Shown here piece after piece: positions 30,862 to 40,516 of a DNA stretch of 64,000 bases (positions are counted from its first letter, which is position 1; every line of letters starts with the position of its first letter). The notes beneath the pieces were generated by a model, which did no database searches, had not been told where the DNA came from, and was given only the letters and a program-made list of their open reading frames with translations. The DNA is from a virus (lineage: Duplodnaviria > Heunggongvirae > Uroviricota > Caudoviricetes): positions 11,239-75,238 of the IMG/VR virus record IMGVR_UViG_3300005613_000041; one strand, 5' to 3'. Position numbers and translations under genes: made by a program.

Positions 30862-31580
30862 TAAAATATATCATATGTATTAGATTGAGAAATATCTGAT
30901 TCCTCGATTTCAATTTTTTCAACTGCTTCTTTTGTTTCCGTTTTTACTTCTAAACAGTCATCTAATTTTTGATAAAGCCTATTTCTATTAAGGACATCTT
31001 CCTTAGTTATAATATTAAAATTTGAAAGGATATCATTGGTATAATAAATGTCTATACCATCCTCTTTATATTTTTTAACAATTGAATTACATGTTTTATA
31101 CAATCCACCATCTACTTGTCGATCAACAAGTAACACAAACATATATGGCTCGATATTATTATAAATCAATTGTTGAATATATTCACTTTTTATACACAAC
31201 ATGTATAAAAATTTTATAGGATCATTAAGATCATTACCTTGATAAAGCATGTGATCATTAAAAAAATATTGTGTACCTAAAGAACTAAATTTTCCTATTA
31301 CTGGGTAATGTCCATAAAAATTAGGATCATTCATACGCTCAATATATCTAGTCTTAGGTAAAGAATTAAAGCTTCTTTCTATAAATAAATTACCAAAAGC
31401 TTTTTTACAATCATCACTAATTTCAGAATAATAAAGAACGTTAAAAGGAAAAAAAGTATTTATCTCACTATTGAAAAATATATCATAGTCAATATCAATA
31501 TAACTACGACTTGCCATTGAATCGTTATATGCTCCTTTTTTGGCATTTTCTCTGAATGTACTATTAAGACTATATATCAT
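30861..31580 (-). CDS. Hypothetical protein (239 aa)
   Basis: ORF only. Confidence 0.35.
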   Translation of the reverse strand: MIYSLNSTFRENAKKGAYNDSMASRSYIDIDYDIFFNSEINTFFPFNVLYYSEISDDCKKAFGNLFIERSFNSLPKTRYIERMNDPNFYGHYPVIGKFSSLGTQYFFNDHMLYQGNDLNDPIKFLYMLCIKSEYIQQLIYNNIEPYMFVLLVDRQVDGGLYKTCNSIVKKYKEDGIDIYYTNDILSNFNIITKEDVLNRNRLYQKLDDCLEVKTETKEAVEKIEIEESDISQSNTYDIF

Positions 31581-32271
31581 GTAAATCCTCCCTTTTAAAC
31601 ATGCACATCGGTATCATGAATTCTGTAAAATATGGAATATCACATAAAGATCCATCTACAGTCATATTAGTCAAATGATTAGTGTATATACCAGTCATAA
31701 GACCTGCAATCATCATAGCCATATGAGTAGTTTGTTTAAAGGTACACCTTTCTTCTTCAACTTCACTATCGTCAAATAAATGATTTTCTTTATAATCATT
31801 ACATCTGGTGATATCATCACCAGTCATAGAAAATATTTGAAATTGTTCAGCAGTTAATCTTCCATCTATGAACAAAGCATTTTTATCATACTCATGTTTT
31901 TCAAACCAAGTCTTAAACAGATATCTTCTAGTTTTCATATTGTCTAATGCCCCAAATGTAATAGGTCGTAATAATTCAGGACTGTATCTGAAATTAATCG
32001 AATCAACTGTAATATATCTATTACCAAAATCATATAAATTTTCTACGACGGCTTGGACTTTTGTAAGACCTATTTGAGACTCTTTAAAAAATTGTCCTGT
32101 AAGATTATGAGACTCGATTAAGTCATAATCTACAATTCTCATAATCTTACAACCAGTTCTTGAAACAGAAAGTGATAACCAAGATCCGATTCCACCCTGA
32201 CCAACAATTAAAGGTGACTGCTTTTCAGCTGTCTTAAACCAGATTGCATCTTTTATTCTATCTAACGACAT
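31570..32271 (-). CDS. E1-like (ThiF/MoeB family) ubiquitin-activating-type enzyme
   Basis: 'LIVGQGGIGSWLSLSVSRTG ... IVDYDLIESHNLTGQF' matches the ThiF/E1 nucleotide-binding signature GxGxxG...D.D.v..sNL.RQ. Confidence 0.65.
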   Translation of the reverse strand: MSLDRIKDAIWFKTAEKQSPLIVGQGGIGSWLSLSVSRTGCKIMRIVDYDLIESHNLTGQFFKESQIGLTKVQAVVENLYDFGNRYITVDSINFRYSPELLRPITFGALDNMKTRRYLFKTWFEKHEYDKNALFIDGRLTAEQFQIFSMTGDDITRCNDYKENHLFDDSEVEEERCTFKQTTHMAMMIAGLMTGIYTNHLTNMTVDGSLCDIPYFTEFMIPMCMFKREDLHDI

Positions 32272-33514
32272 AAGCTCCTTTTGAATGTTTAATTTTTTGT
32301 AAATTACTTCTTCTTATAATTTCATTCATATTTATTTCTCGATAACCTATTATCTGTTCATTTTCGCTTAATATATCTATATACGCCTTGATATAATATG
32401 ATAGTTCGTTAGCAAATACGATTTTGTGATGATCTTCTAGACAATCAGCGATATCACAAAGTGTCAAATGCATATTTTTTAAAAACGTTGAATCATCGTC
32501 TTCATTTTCATAAAAGAAAGCTTTATATTTACTTTTAATATTTTTTATTATATCCTCAATTCTAAATTTTCTAGATATGTCTGTAGGATATCTTAAATCC
32601 AAAAATACAAGAAGACTTGAAATAGTTTCTACACGTTCTTTATCCATATTATCAGGTAAAAGAATATCTATCATAAATTCTTCGATAGCAGGATCAAGAT
32701 CATAAAGATCTTCATCCTCTGAGAATCCCATTAGAAGTTGTTTATATTCATTTTCTCTTATCAAATGATTTTTCTTGATATGATTTCTACTAGAAAAATA
32801 ATTATTAGTCATTAACTTCTGACTCTTCTTTTTTTCTTTTTCCATCTCATCAACTGCTTCCAAAAAGGAAGTACTTTTAACTACTCCTCTAGCAGGATAA
32901 ACAATTTTACAAGGATGCTTGAAAATAACAGAATCTTTTTGAGATTTACTATAAAATGTAGACATATCTCCATCAGAATTTTTTACTGTTAATCTTCTAG
33001 GATCAACCTCTCCATGTTGAGCAAGAAATGCTGTAAAATTTAAAGCATTGTTAACAATGAGAGAAAGATAATAATTATAAAGTGGAGCATTATCTTTCAA
33101 TTCTTGTAAATCTGTACCACTAAAATTAGTACCCATAGTATGATGACTGTGAATGTGTCCAAGTCGCCAACTAAACACATCTATTTCATCTAGATTTTTC
33201 TCTTTTATCACACTTTCTTGAAAAACCAATACTCTTTCATCCAAACTATATTCAGTATAACTGGACGATCCTATATGAAGAGGAAGTATATCTTCCAATG
33301 TTATTTCAAATTCTTCCTTATTATCCTCATAAAGTGAAGATATTTTTTTATTATCACTGTAAAATAGAACTCCTGACCACTCAACATCTATTTTATTAAG
33401 TAGAAATTCTATTTTCTCCATCACTTCTGATGTTATATTCAGTATAACTTTTTTTTTCATATCGACGAGTGGAGTACCATCCTGTATCTTCTTCTTTTCT
33501 TCTTGTTTTTCCAT
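32258..33514 (-). CDS. JAB/MPN (JAMM) metallopeptidase domain protein
   Basis: 'VEWSG' upstream Glu plus 'GHIHSHHTMGTNFSGTD' (HxH...SxxD); long C-terminal extension; start overlaps the upstream gene. Confidence 0.6.
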   Translation of the reverse strand: MEKQEEKKKIQDGTPLVDMKKKVILNITSEVMEKIEFLLNKIDVEWSGVLFYSDNKKISSLYEDNKEEFEITLEDILPLHIGSSSYTEYSLDERVLVFQESVIKEKNLDEIDVFSWRLGHIHSHHTMGTNFSGTDLQELKDNAPLYNYYLSLIVNNALNFTAFLAQHGEVDPRRLTVKNSDGDMSTFYSKSQKDSVIFKHPCKIVYPARGVVKSTSFLEAVDEMEKEKKKSQKLMTNNYFSSRNHIKKNHLIRENEYKQLLMGFSEDEDLYDLDPAIEEFMIDILLPDNMDKERVETISSLLVFLDLRYPTDISRKFRIEDIIKNIKSKYKAFFYENEDDDSTFLKNMHLTLCDIADCLEDHHKIVFANELSYYIKAYIDILSENEQIIGYREINMNEIIRRSNLQKIKHSKGAYVVR

Positions 33515-34640
33515 AACTTATATTAATTTTTTTATTTAATAAATAAAGAATCGCTTTATATGCCATATTACTAATAGTAGTATTTGTATGATCGATTTCT
33601 TTTTCTTCTTCAAAAACATTATCACCAATTACTTCAAATACAACTTCTTTTCCTTTAAAAGGAAAACTCAGCTGTGAAGCTTTTTCCTTATAATAAGAAA
33701 GCTTTTCATTGTATTCACTAAGTGATTCAGACTGACCAATTGGATAAAGTTTAGCTGAAGTATCACATTTTCGATAAAGTGTTATATCATCATAACATAT
33801 TCCTTTTTTATGTTTATCTATAAAAAAGTCATTTAACTTTTGTTTAACTCTCGAATTTTCCGGTATTTTCAATCTAAGTGGAGTAATCATAATATCTGTT
33901 TTTAACAGATCATAAATTTCAAGATAAACATTATCTTTCTCTGAGAATAATGACTTCTTTATTTTATCCAGAAAAGTTTTAGTAAAATAATCATTATTAA
34001 CAATATATTTATTCTTTTCAAGAAATATATTTTTAGCATCTCTTATTAATGACATTCCTACATATGGACCACCTTCAAGAGATTCATAAGAAATATAATT
34101 GAATAGACTGTGCCACAAGATTTCGTATTCAATATCATCAAGTAAATCATTACTTTCTGTAACTTTAGAACCAAAAATCATTTTAGTTTCTGGAAAGTCT
34201 CCATAACCTTCACAAACATTAGAAAAATATGGTTTTGGGCTATTAAACAACTGACGAATATAATGTGTTGATACATGACTAAAACAAAAATTACTTATTA
34301 CTTCATTAAAAGTGTATATACTTCTTGAAAACATAGTATGAAGATGCATTTGATCAGAATTTGTTATAAAAAATCCTGCATATACTCCTCTCATTAAATG
34401 AGATTTATTATATTTATTAGTTAATACAACGTCACCATATCTAACAATAATTAAGCTATTATCATCATAATCATAACAGCTAACATTTTCTTCTCCATAT
34501 ATATTATTAGCAGTTAATACTAATTTTTTGAGATGATTTCCTTTTTCTTTTTGTGAAATTTCGTCTATTGTTATTTCATTCATATATAATTTGGTATTAT
34601 AAAAAAAGAGGACTGCCAAAAAACGACAACCCTCTTTCAT
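33396..34640 (-). CDS. Hypothetical 414-aa protein, candidate E2-like (UBC-fold) enzyme by position and weak motif
   Basis: Lies between the Ubl-like and JAB genes; 'IDKHKKGICYDDITLY' loosely resembles the UBC 'HPN..G.ICLDIL' active-site Cys context; not established. Confidence 0.25.
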   Translation of the reverse strand: MKEGCRFLAVLFFYNTKLYMNEITIDEISQKEKGNHLKKLVLTANNIYGEENVSCYDYDDNSLIIVRYGDVVLTNKYNKSHLMRGVYAGFFITNSDQMHLHTMFSRSIYTFNEVISNFCFSHVSTHYIRQLFNSPKPYFSNVCEGYGDFPETKMIFGSKVTESNDLLDDIEYEILWHSLFNYISYESLEGGPYVGMSLIRDAKNIFLEKNKYIVNNDYFTKTFLDKIKKSLFSEKDNVYLEIYDLLKTDIMITPLRLKIPENSRVKQKLNDFFIDKHKKGICYDDITLYRKCDTSAKLYPIGQSESLSEYNEKLSYYKEKASQLSFPFKGKEVVFEVIGDNVFEEEKEIDHTNTTISNMAYKAILYLLNKKINISYGKTRRKEEDTGWYSTRRYEKKSYTEYNIRSDGENRIST

Positions 34641-34668
34641 TTGTTTTAAATACTTATATAAGCTTTTT

Positions 34669-35235
34669 TTAACTCAACTCAGCCATAAACCTTTCACATT
34701 CGGCTTCAAGTTCTTCTTCCATTTTTTTGAAGTTTTCAATTGATATCAAGTACTCTTCAATATCATCTTCCAGTACTTCTGGACTAATGATAATATTGTG
34801 AATATTAGCAAGATAATCACTTAGTTCATCAAAAGTCAAAAATCTTTTTTCTTCAACTTCATTTTCTTTCATATCCCACTCTTTGATCATTTCACGAAGT
34901 TTAATAGTACTTATGTTAGTGTAATTACCAAAAAAATCACGTGCTTCTTCATCATTTTCACGGATTTCCTTAATGATAGCATAACAGTTTTGTCTGGTTA
35001 GATCCGAACCAGATTTAGTTTTTCTAGCCATCAAGAAAAGAGTAATATCACCTTCTGGTAGAACAGCTTCTTCTAGTTCCAACGTAGTCTGTGTACCACG
35101 CAAAACGGCTCTCATATCGTCAATATAGGAATACTGAGAATTAAGAACACTTTTCAATGCTCCCCATGTGCTAATTGATTCTTCTACTTCAATAATTTTT
35201 ACTGATCCTGAGTGAAAAATTGTAACTTTCTTCAT
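34669..35235 (-). CDS. Hypothetical 188-aa protein with an N-terminal beta-grasp/ubiquitin-like-looking segment
   Basis: 'KVTIFHSGSVKIIEVEESISTWGALKSVL...GTQTTLELEEAVLPEGDITLFL' has the alternating pattern of Ubl/ThiS beta-grasp folds; no C-terminal Gly-Gly. Confidence 0.25.
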   Translation of the reverse strand: MKKVTIFHSGSVKIIEVEESISTWGALKSVLNSQYSYIDDMRAVLRGTQTTLELEEAVLPEGDITLFLMARKTKSGSDLTRQNCYAIIKEIRENDEEARDFFGNYTNISTIKLREMIKEWDMKENEVEEKRFLTFDELSDYLANIHNIIISPEVLEDDIEEYLISIENFKKMEEELEAECERFMAELS

Positions 35236-35241
35236 AATAAA

Positions 35242-35850
35242 TTATAATTTAATGTTTGTTTTTTTAAATATACCACTGCCCAGAAATCCTGCTTTTCTTC
35301 CACTATAAGCTTCAGCAGCTGGATGTGGAACAGTATGTATAATATTTGTTTGTTTGTTTATAAACTTTGAATAAAACTGAGCATTTCTACCCATTAATAA
35401 CCATTCACAAGAGTTATGATTACTAATAGTACGAACTACTTCTGTTGAAAAGGATCTCCAGTATATCATATGAGAACCTGGTTTTTTCTTTTCAACTGTA
35501 AGAGAAACATTTATTGGGAATACACCTTTGTTTAACCATTCTTCATTATCAATTGGATGTCCTAATTCTTCTTCTATTATTTTTAAAGAATAGGGTTTCT
35601 TTTCCAATGTTGGATCAACTAAGAAAGCATAGCCAATAGCTTCTCCATTAGGATATGGGTCCATACCTAATATGACAAGTTTTATTTCATTTAATGGAAT
35701 TTGAAATACTCGAAAAATATTGTCAATTGGTGGATAGAATTGACATTTCGGAAGTATTGTTGTGTTAAGGATTTTTAATCCTTCATCATTCTCGAACACA
35801 TCTTGTAGATGAGGTATCCAAGAATCGTGAAAATATTTGTTCATTAACAA
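35242..35850 (-). CDS. ung: Uracil-DNA glycosylase (family 1-like)
   Basis: 'VILGMDPYPNGEAIGYAF' (GQDPYH water-activating loop analogue) and C-terminal 'HPAAEAYSG' (HPSPLS-like). Confidence 0.7.
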   Translation of the reverse strand: MLMNKYFHDSWIPHLQDVFENDEGLKILNTTILPKCQFYPPIDNIFRVFQIPLNEIKLVILGMDPYPNGEAIGYAFLVDPTLEKKPYSLKIIEEELGHPIDNEEWLNKGVFPINVSLTVEKKKPGSHMIYWRSFSTEVVRTISNHNSCEWLLMGRNAQFYSKFINKQTNIIHTVPHPAAEAYSGRKAGFLGSGIFKKTNIKL

Positions 35851-36796
35851 ATTTATTTACATAATCCCTACCTTTAGATTTATACAAGTCTGAAATATCT
35901 TTATCTGATGTTTCTGAGAAAATTTCTACAATCTCAATATCTAATGATAGTTTATTTAAATAATTTTTAAACTTTGCTGATTTTTCAATACCAACACAAT
36001 CATTATCAAAAAATATTATAATTGTTTGAAAATTTCTCAAAATAGAAATTAAAAGATTTTGATCTGAAAATTGATTTTCACTCTGTAACCATATTGAATT
36101 GACATCAAAATTTCTGAGAACTCTACAATCTTTGTAAGACTTAGTTATAACTAAGTAGTTTTTTGAATAGTCAATATTATTGACATTTCCAATATCATTT
36201 TTTGTAGCGTTCGTCATAAACTTATATTTTTTCTTTTCAGAAAAAGGTCTATAAGTTTTTTTAATGTTTTTTTCACGATTTATCAAAATGTTATAAGTAA
36301 GATCTATTGGTGAAATTACTTTATCACCAATAATAATAGAACTGACTGGTGAAACAAGATCTTCATTTAATTGTTCTATAGTTATACCATATTTTCCCCA
36401 AAATTCTTTATCTTTTATTTTCCAATTTCTTAAAATAACATTTAAAGATTTTTTCTCTTTTGTCTTCTTACTTTTTTCTATCTGACGAGGAGGAATTTTT
36501 GTTTCTACACCATCCATCTTGTTATTTAAAAGAAAAATAGACTGACCTATACTTATTCCATATAGGTCAGAACAAAACGTTAGTACGTTTCTATTTTTTT
36601 CAACCCAATCTACAAAATATAATATGTTATTATACCATTTGAAATAACATGAAGGATTGTCATCTTTTCTAAAAAAGGAACAATAGTATTTATCCAACTG
36701 GGGATATTCCCCAATCATTGTTTTATATAGTTCCTCTTGAGAATAATTAATTAATAATTCTTCAAATGTTATGATGGGTTTTTTTAAATTCATCAC
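35786..36796 (-). CDS. TOPRIM-domain DnaG-like DNA primase (putative)
   Basis: 'TIIIFFDNDCVGIEKSAKF' TOPRIM DxD motif; N-terminal Cys pair; sits between replication genes. Confidence 0.4.
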   Translation of the reverse strand: MMNLKKPIITFEELLINYSQEELYKTMIGEYPQLDKYYCSFFRKDDNPSCYFKWYNNILYFVDWVEKNRNVLTFCSDLYGISIGQSIFLLNNKMDGVETKIPPRQIEKSKKTKEKKSLNVILRNWKIKDKEFWGKYGITIEQLNEDLVSPVSSIIIGDKVISPIDLTYNILINREKNIKKTYRPFSEKKKYKFMTNATKNDIGNVNNIDYSKNYLVITKSYKDCRVLRNFDVNSIWLQSENQFSDQNLLISILRNFQTIIIFFDNDCVGIEKSAKFKNYLNKLSLDIEIVEIFSETSDKDISDLYKSKGRDYVNKFVNEQIFSRFLDTSSTRCVRE

Positions 36797-37500
36797 CAGA
36801 CTTGTGAACTGTTATTACCATCCATGGATGGTGCTGGCGGTAGTCCAACTTCAGCTGATTGGCTAAATTGAGACTCCATAAACCACTTAGTTCTATAGAT
36901 ATCGGATCTTTCACCATCACTATTCTCATAGTGATAAGTTCCACTGTTAGGATCAATTATTTGTTTAGCCCCTTCTACATATGGAGCTATCCAAGGTCCA
37001 TGTTTTGTATTTTTAGCTACATTAAGGTATTTCTTACCTTCAGAGTTACAACTCCAAGGATACTGAAGAAACACATGTACTTTTACATTTTCACATTTAC
37101 CTTTAGCAATATCAGCACACATTTTAAGAAGATCAATACTATTCATATTTTCTGGATACTTTTCAGTAGCCTTCTCAATTGCTTCATCACTAATAAGGAA
37201 TGATTTTAGAATAGTATATATTGTTGATTCTAGATTAACCATTTCGGCTTGATATTCAGATACAGTTTCATCACCAATACCTGCATTAACATCATATACT
37301 ACTTCACTATTCTTACTGAAGACCTTTGTAACAGGGAAGGTCAAAATCTTCATCGGTTTATCATCTCCCATATCTAGATTTACTAGAAGTACCTTCATAG
37401 GTTTATCATTGTATTCTTCGAGATATCGAATATCAATAATCGTAGCTTCATTAAGACCAAATGTTTTTTTCGAAGAAGAATTTCCTTTATTAAGTTTCAT
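36793..37500 (-). CDS. Hypothetical protein (235 aa)
   Basis: ORF only. Confidence 0.4.
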   Translation of the reverse strand: MKLNKGNSSSKKTFGLNEATIIDIRYLEEYNDKPMKVLLVNLDMGDDKPMKILTFPVTKVFSKNSEVVYDVNAGIGDETVSEYQAEMVNLESTIYTILKSFLISDEAIEKATEKYPENMNSIDLLKMCADIAKGKCENVKVHVFLQYPWSCNSEGKKYLNVAKNTKHGPWIAPYVEGAKQIIDPNSGTYHYENSDGERSDIYRTKWFMESQFSQSAEVGLPPAPSMDGNNSSQVW

Positions 37501-37552
37501 AATTAGTTATTGTTTTAAAGTTTAGATTTTTTTAGGATTGTAATATATATAA

Positions 37553-37825
37553 TTAGTCAACTAATTCAAAACGAATAGGTTGACCTTTTTTCAATCCTTT
37601 AAGTTTAGAATGGCTCCAGATCAATTTCTTTTCTTTAGAGTTAAATTGATAAAGTTCATTAATCTCATTACGAGTTTTACCTGATTTGATTAAATCAGCA
37701 ATTTCATTAACACTAATAACTTTAGGAGTATCAGATTTTACATCACCTGAAACTTCTGGTGACTCCTCATAATTTACATTTGTGAATTCTTCAGTTTCAA
37801 TAGCTTCATACATAACTTCATTCAT
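37553..37825 (-). CDS. Hypothetical protein (90 aa)
   Basis: ORF only. Confidence 0.3.
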   Translation of the reverse strand: MNEVMYEAIETEEFTNVNYEESPEVSGDVKSDTPKVISVNEIADLIKSGKTRNEINELYQFNSKEKKLIWSHSKLKGLKKGQPIRFELVD

Positions 37826-37827
37826 AT

Positions 37828-38190
37828 TTATTCTCCTTCATAATATTTTTTCATACAATTCAATACTTCCTGCATGTCATTAGGAATTTTAAGTGCAGGA
37901 AACATTCCTTCTGGTGATTTTGCTGGTACTTCTAAACCAGCATCATTTATCATTCTATTAGTGATAAAAGAATATTCAGCTTTTTTCTCCTCGTTAAAAC
38001 TGACAGACGTAAATAAGCAAATACTTACAACAGCAAGTGGATTATACTTATCATCAAGCATTTTTCCAATAAGTTTTGTTTTGAGGAGAGGTTGTTTATC
38101 TGCAACATCTTCATGAAATGTCATAATAACATTCTTGTCAGTTGGCACTTGATTTTGAGCAAACTTTATAATTGACTGCATATTCACAGC
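37828..38190 (-). CDS. AAA_24/Sak4-like P-loop ATPase, exon 2 (C-terminal half)
   Basis: 'KNVIMTFHEDV...KPLLKTKLIGKMLDDKYNPLAVVSICLF' matches the sensor/'nvi.iaH' segment of phage AAA_24 ATPases; the upstream frame is closed by a stop 4 codons before the Met. Confidence 0.5.
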   Translation of the reverse strand, partial: AVNMQSIIKFAQNQVPTDKNVIMTFHEDVADKQPLLKTKLIGKMLDDKYNPLAVVSICLFTSVSFNEEKKAEYSFITNRMINDAGLEVPAKSPEGMFPALKIPNDMQEVLNCMKKYYEGE

Positions 38191-38486
38191 CATTTTAGTA
38201 AATTTATCATCATTTTAATCTTTTATTTTTCAATAAAAGTCTGACTATATCTTAATTAATAATATTAATTCCTACCTTTTCCAAGAAAAATTCTTGTACT
38301 CTACTCACTTCCAGTTAAACTGTGTTTTCGATAGTCGATGAACTTTACTCATTTTAAAGAGTCTTAGCTGCTGATTGTCCAATATTAATTATTTTTAAAC
38401 ATTCACGTTTATTTTTTCAAATTACGTTGTAGTTAATTAATCTCTAAGGAGTTCCCAGCAATTAAATAGGTTTATAGTGAACATGA
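38191..38486 (-). other. Putative group I intron splitting the AAA_24 ATPase gene (~300 nt, no ORF)
   Basis: ~75 nt at its 5' end are ~80% identical to the 5' end of RNR intron 2 (AAUUGCUGGRAACUYCC...AUUAACUACAACRUAAU...GUGAAUGUUU); contains CGACUAUCGAAA...AUAGUC P7-like elements; boundaries approximate. Confidence 0.5.
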
Positions 38487-38789
38487 AAAATATCCACTAG
38501 TATTAGCTTTCTCAAAATATTCATTCAACATACTAAACCCAATGTCATCAATAATAATATTTTTGATATTTGGGTCAGTCGATTTAGCTGACATAGCTTT
38601 AATAATCTCTTCTGACGTTACGAGTCTAGCAATATTTTTGTTAGCAGCATTATATTGCTTTCTACTACCTTTCCATGGTAGTTCTTTTCCAGTAACATTA
38701 ATAATTACTGTCTCATTTGACGGTAGATTTTTAAATGATGTTGATTTACCAGTACCGGTATCACCAACAATCATAATTATATTTGCCAT
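38487..38789 (-). CDS. AAA_24/Sak4-like P-loop ATPase, exon 1 (Walker A/B half)
   Basis: Walker A 'GDTGTGKST'; Walker B 'IIIDDIG'; only 105 aa before a stop, i.e. half of a ~230-aa ATPase. Confidence 0.55.
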
Positions 38790-38837
38790 AAATTACACAT
38801 ATTTATAGTCTATTAGTTAATTTACTACATTAACTAA

Positions 38838-39956
38838 TTAATATTTTAATGGTTCAAAAAGTCCAAGATTACCTTTAAATTCTAAATGGGTATGAACCGG
38901 GCATTCAGTATCTCTACTCTCCACAAGATGCCATGACCTTATATTTGGATATTTTCTGACATCAGGACAGTTAAAATGCTTTCTTATCTTATACTTTTCG
39001 TCACGAGGATTGAATAAAGTAATAATGAAGTTACTATCCTCAGACAAATTGCCTGTATCTTTGATCGTTTCTGCTGTAGGATAAAGTTCATCTGACATAA
39101 ACTGAATCCTGTCTACATCACCTAAAGATCTATTAGTATGAATCACATTAACAAAGGTAAAACCACATAAATTTCTTAAATCTACCTGATAGCCTGACCA
39201 TCTATCAACGTTCTCTTTAAGACTATATCCTTTTTCTCTTTTAAGATTTCGCATGTGATCTGTTATCACAATCGTAAAGTGATTAAGGTCATTTGGCTTA
39301 TATCCAGAAATTCTACTCTTATTGACAGATTTACCATTTTCCTGAGTTGGATAAGTTTCGTGAATAAACTTACCATGTTTATCAGCATAATCCATCAAAT
39401 AATGATACATCCCGGTCGGGTTCATTTTATCTTCGATGAAGTCGATCTTACCTTTTTGAATACAATTACCATTTGAATCATATTCACCAAACATCGGTCT
39501 TATCCATTTCTCATAGACCGCAAACACTCCATCCTTCATCTTAGGACTAGCTGTTATGATATTTCTATCTTCATCTTGAAGTTTTCCTTCAAAAAACATA
39601 GGATTAATCGGATAAGATCTACCTTTCCATTCATAGTGAGTAACTCCAAATTCTTTAAACATAAAATATGGAATTAATCTGAATTGTTTTTTCATACGAT
39701 CAATTTCATACGAAAAATAGATCCAATCTACAGTTATTCCTTTATCAACAACTTCTTTTCTTAATGAATCAATAAATGGATTTATAAGAAATAGATTGTC
39801 CACTAAAGCAGTTTTTCCAGATTTAGGTGCTCCTGCGATGGTGTATGTACTCTTTCTTTGTACACCACCCATAAATTGATTGATATTAACCAATCCAGTA
39901 TCAAGACCAAAATTATTTCCTTCTTGACCCTGAAGAAAAGCTTCTTTAAAATTCAT
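38838..39956 (-). CDS. DnaB-like (SF4) replicative DNA helicase
   Basis: Walker A 'AGAPKSGKTALV'; 'FTIVITDHMRNL' (H2/Walker B-like); 'ITLFNPRDE' arginine-finger-like segment. Confidence 0.6.
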   Translation of the reverse strand: MNFKEAFLQGQEGNNFGLDTGLVNINQFMGGVQRKSTYTIAGAPKSGKTALVDNLFLINPFIDSLRKEVVDKGITVDWIYFSYEIDRMKKQFRLIPYFMFKEFGVTHYEWKGRSYPINPMFFEGKLQDEDRNIITASPKMKDGVFAVYEKWIRPMFGEYDSNGNCIQKGKIDFIEDKMNPTGMYHYLMDYADKHGKFIHETYPTQENGKSVNKSRISGYKPNDLNHFTIVITDHMRNLKREKGYSLKENVDRWSGYQVDLRNLCGFTFVNVIHTNRSLGDVDRIQFMSDELYPTAETIKDTGNLSEDSNFIITLFNPRDEKYKIRKHFNCPDVRKYPNIRSWHLVESRDTECPVHTHLEFKGNLGLFEPLKY

Positions 39957-40516
39957 ATCATTTTATGTATGTCATTTTTATCATTTTCTTTTTCTTTAAC
40001 AATCTTTACAAACTCTTCTAATCTAGATGTGGCAGCAGAACCTACACCTTTCTTAATAAAATAATCAGCTCTTTGAAGATATTGAGGATTATTAACTGTT
40101 TGTAAATATAATTTTACTGCTTCCAATACATCTTCTTTTCTTACATCTGGATTTTCACTAAAGAACTTTTTCATTCTATTAGCACAAGAGGTAACTGTTC
40201 CACCACCATCTTTTCTTATACTAACAAATAATGACATGTATTCATTCTCTACCCAATCCCAACTGTCAAAACTATTAGATGAATCTTTTTCACTTTCAAA
40301 TAATCTAACATTAAAAATTACTTCATCTAATTTCCAGTCTATATCTATTATGTGATTGGATAGTAAGATTTTTATGTTCTTTTGCATAGTTGGAGATTCA
40401 TTATAGAATTTTTCTATATCTAAATCATGATATAATGCTAAAAGAATCATTATACAACTTTCTACATCGGCATTTACTTCCTTTAATTTTTTAATTAACG
40501 AATTATTAATTTTCAT
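39953..40516 (-). CDS. Hypothetical protein (187 aa)
   Basis: ORF only. Confidence 0.35.
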   Translation of the reverse strand: MKINNSLIKKLKEVNADVESCIMILLALYHDLDIEKFYNESPTMQKNIKILLSNHIIDIDWKLDEVIFNVRLFESEKDSSNSFDSWDWVENEYMSLFVSIRKDGGGTVTSCANRMKKFFSENPDVRKEDVLEAVKLYLQTVNNPQYLQRADYFIKKGVGSAATSRLEEFVKIVKEKENDKNDIHKMI

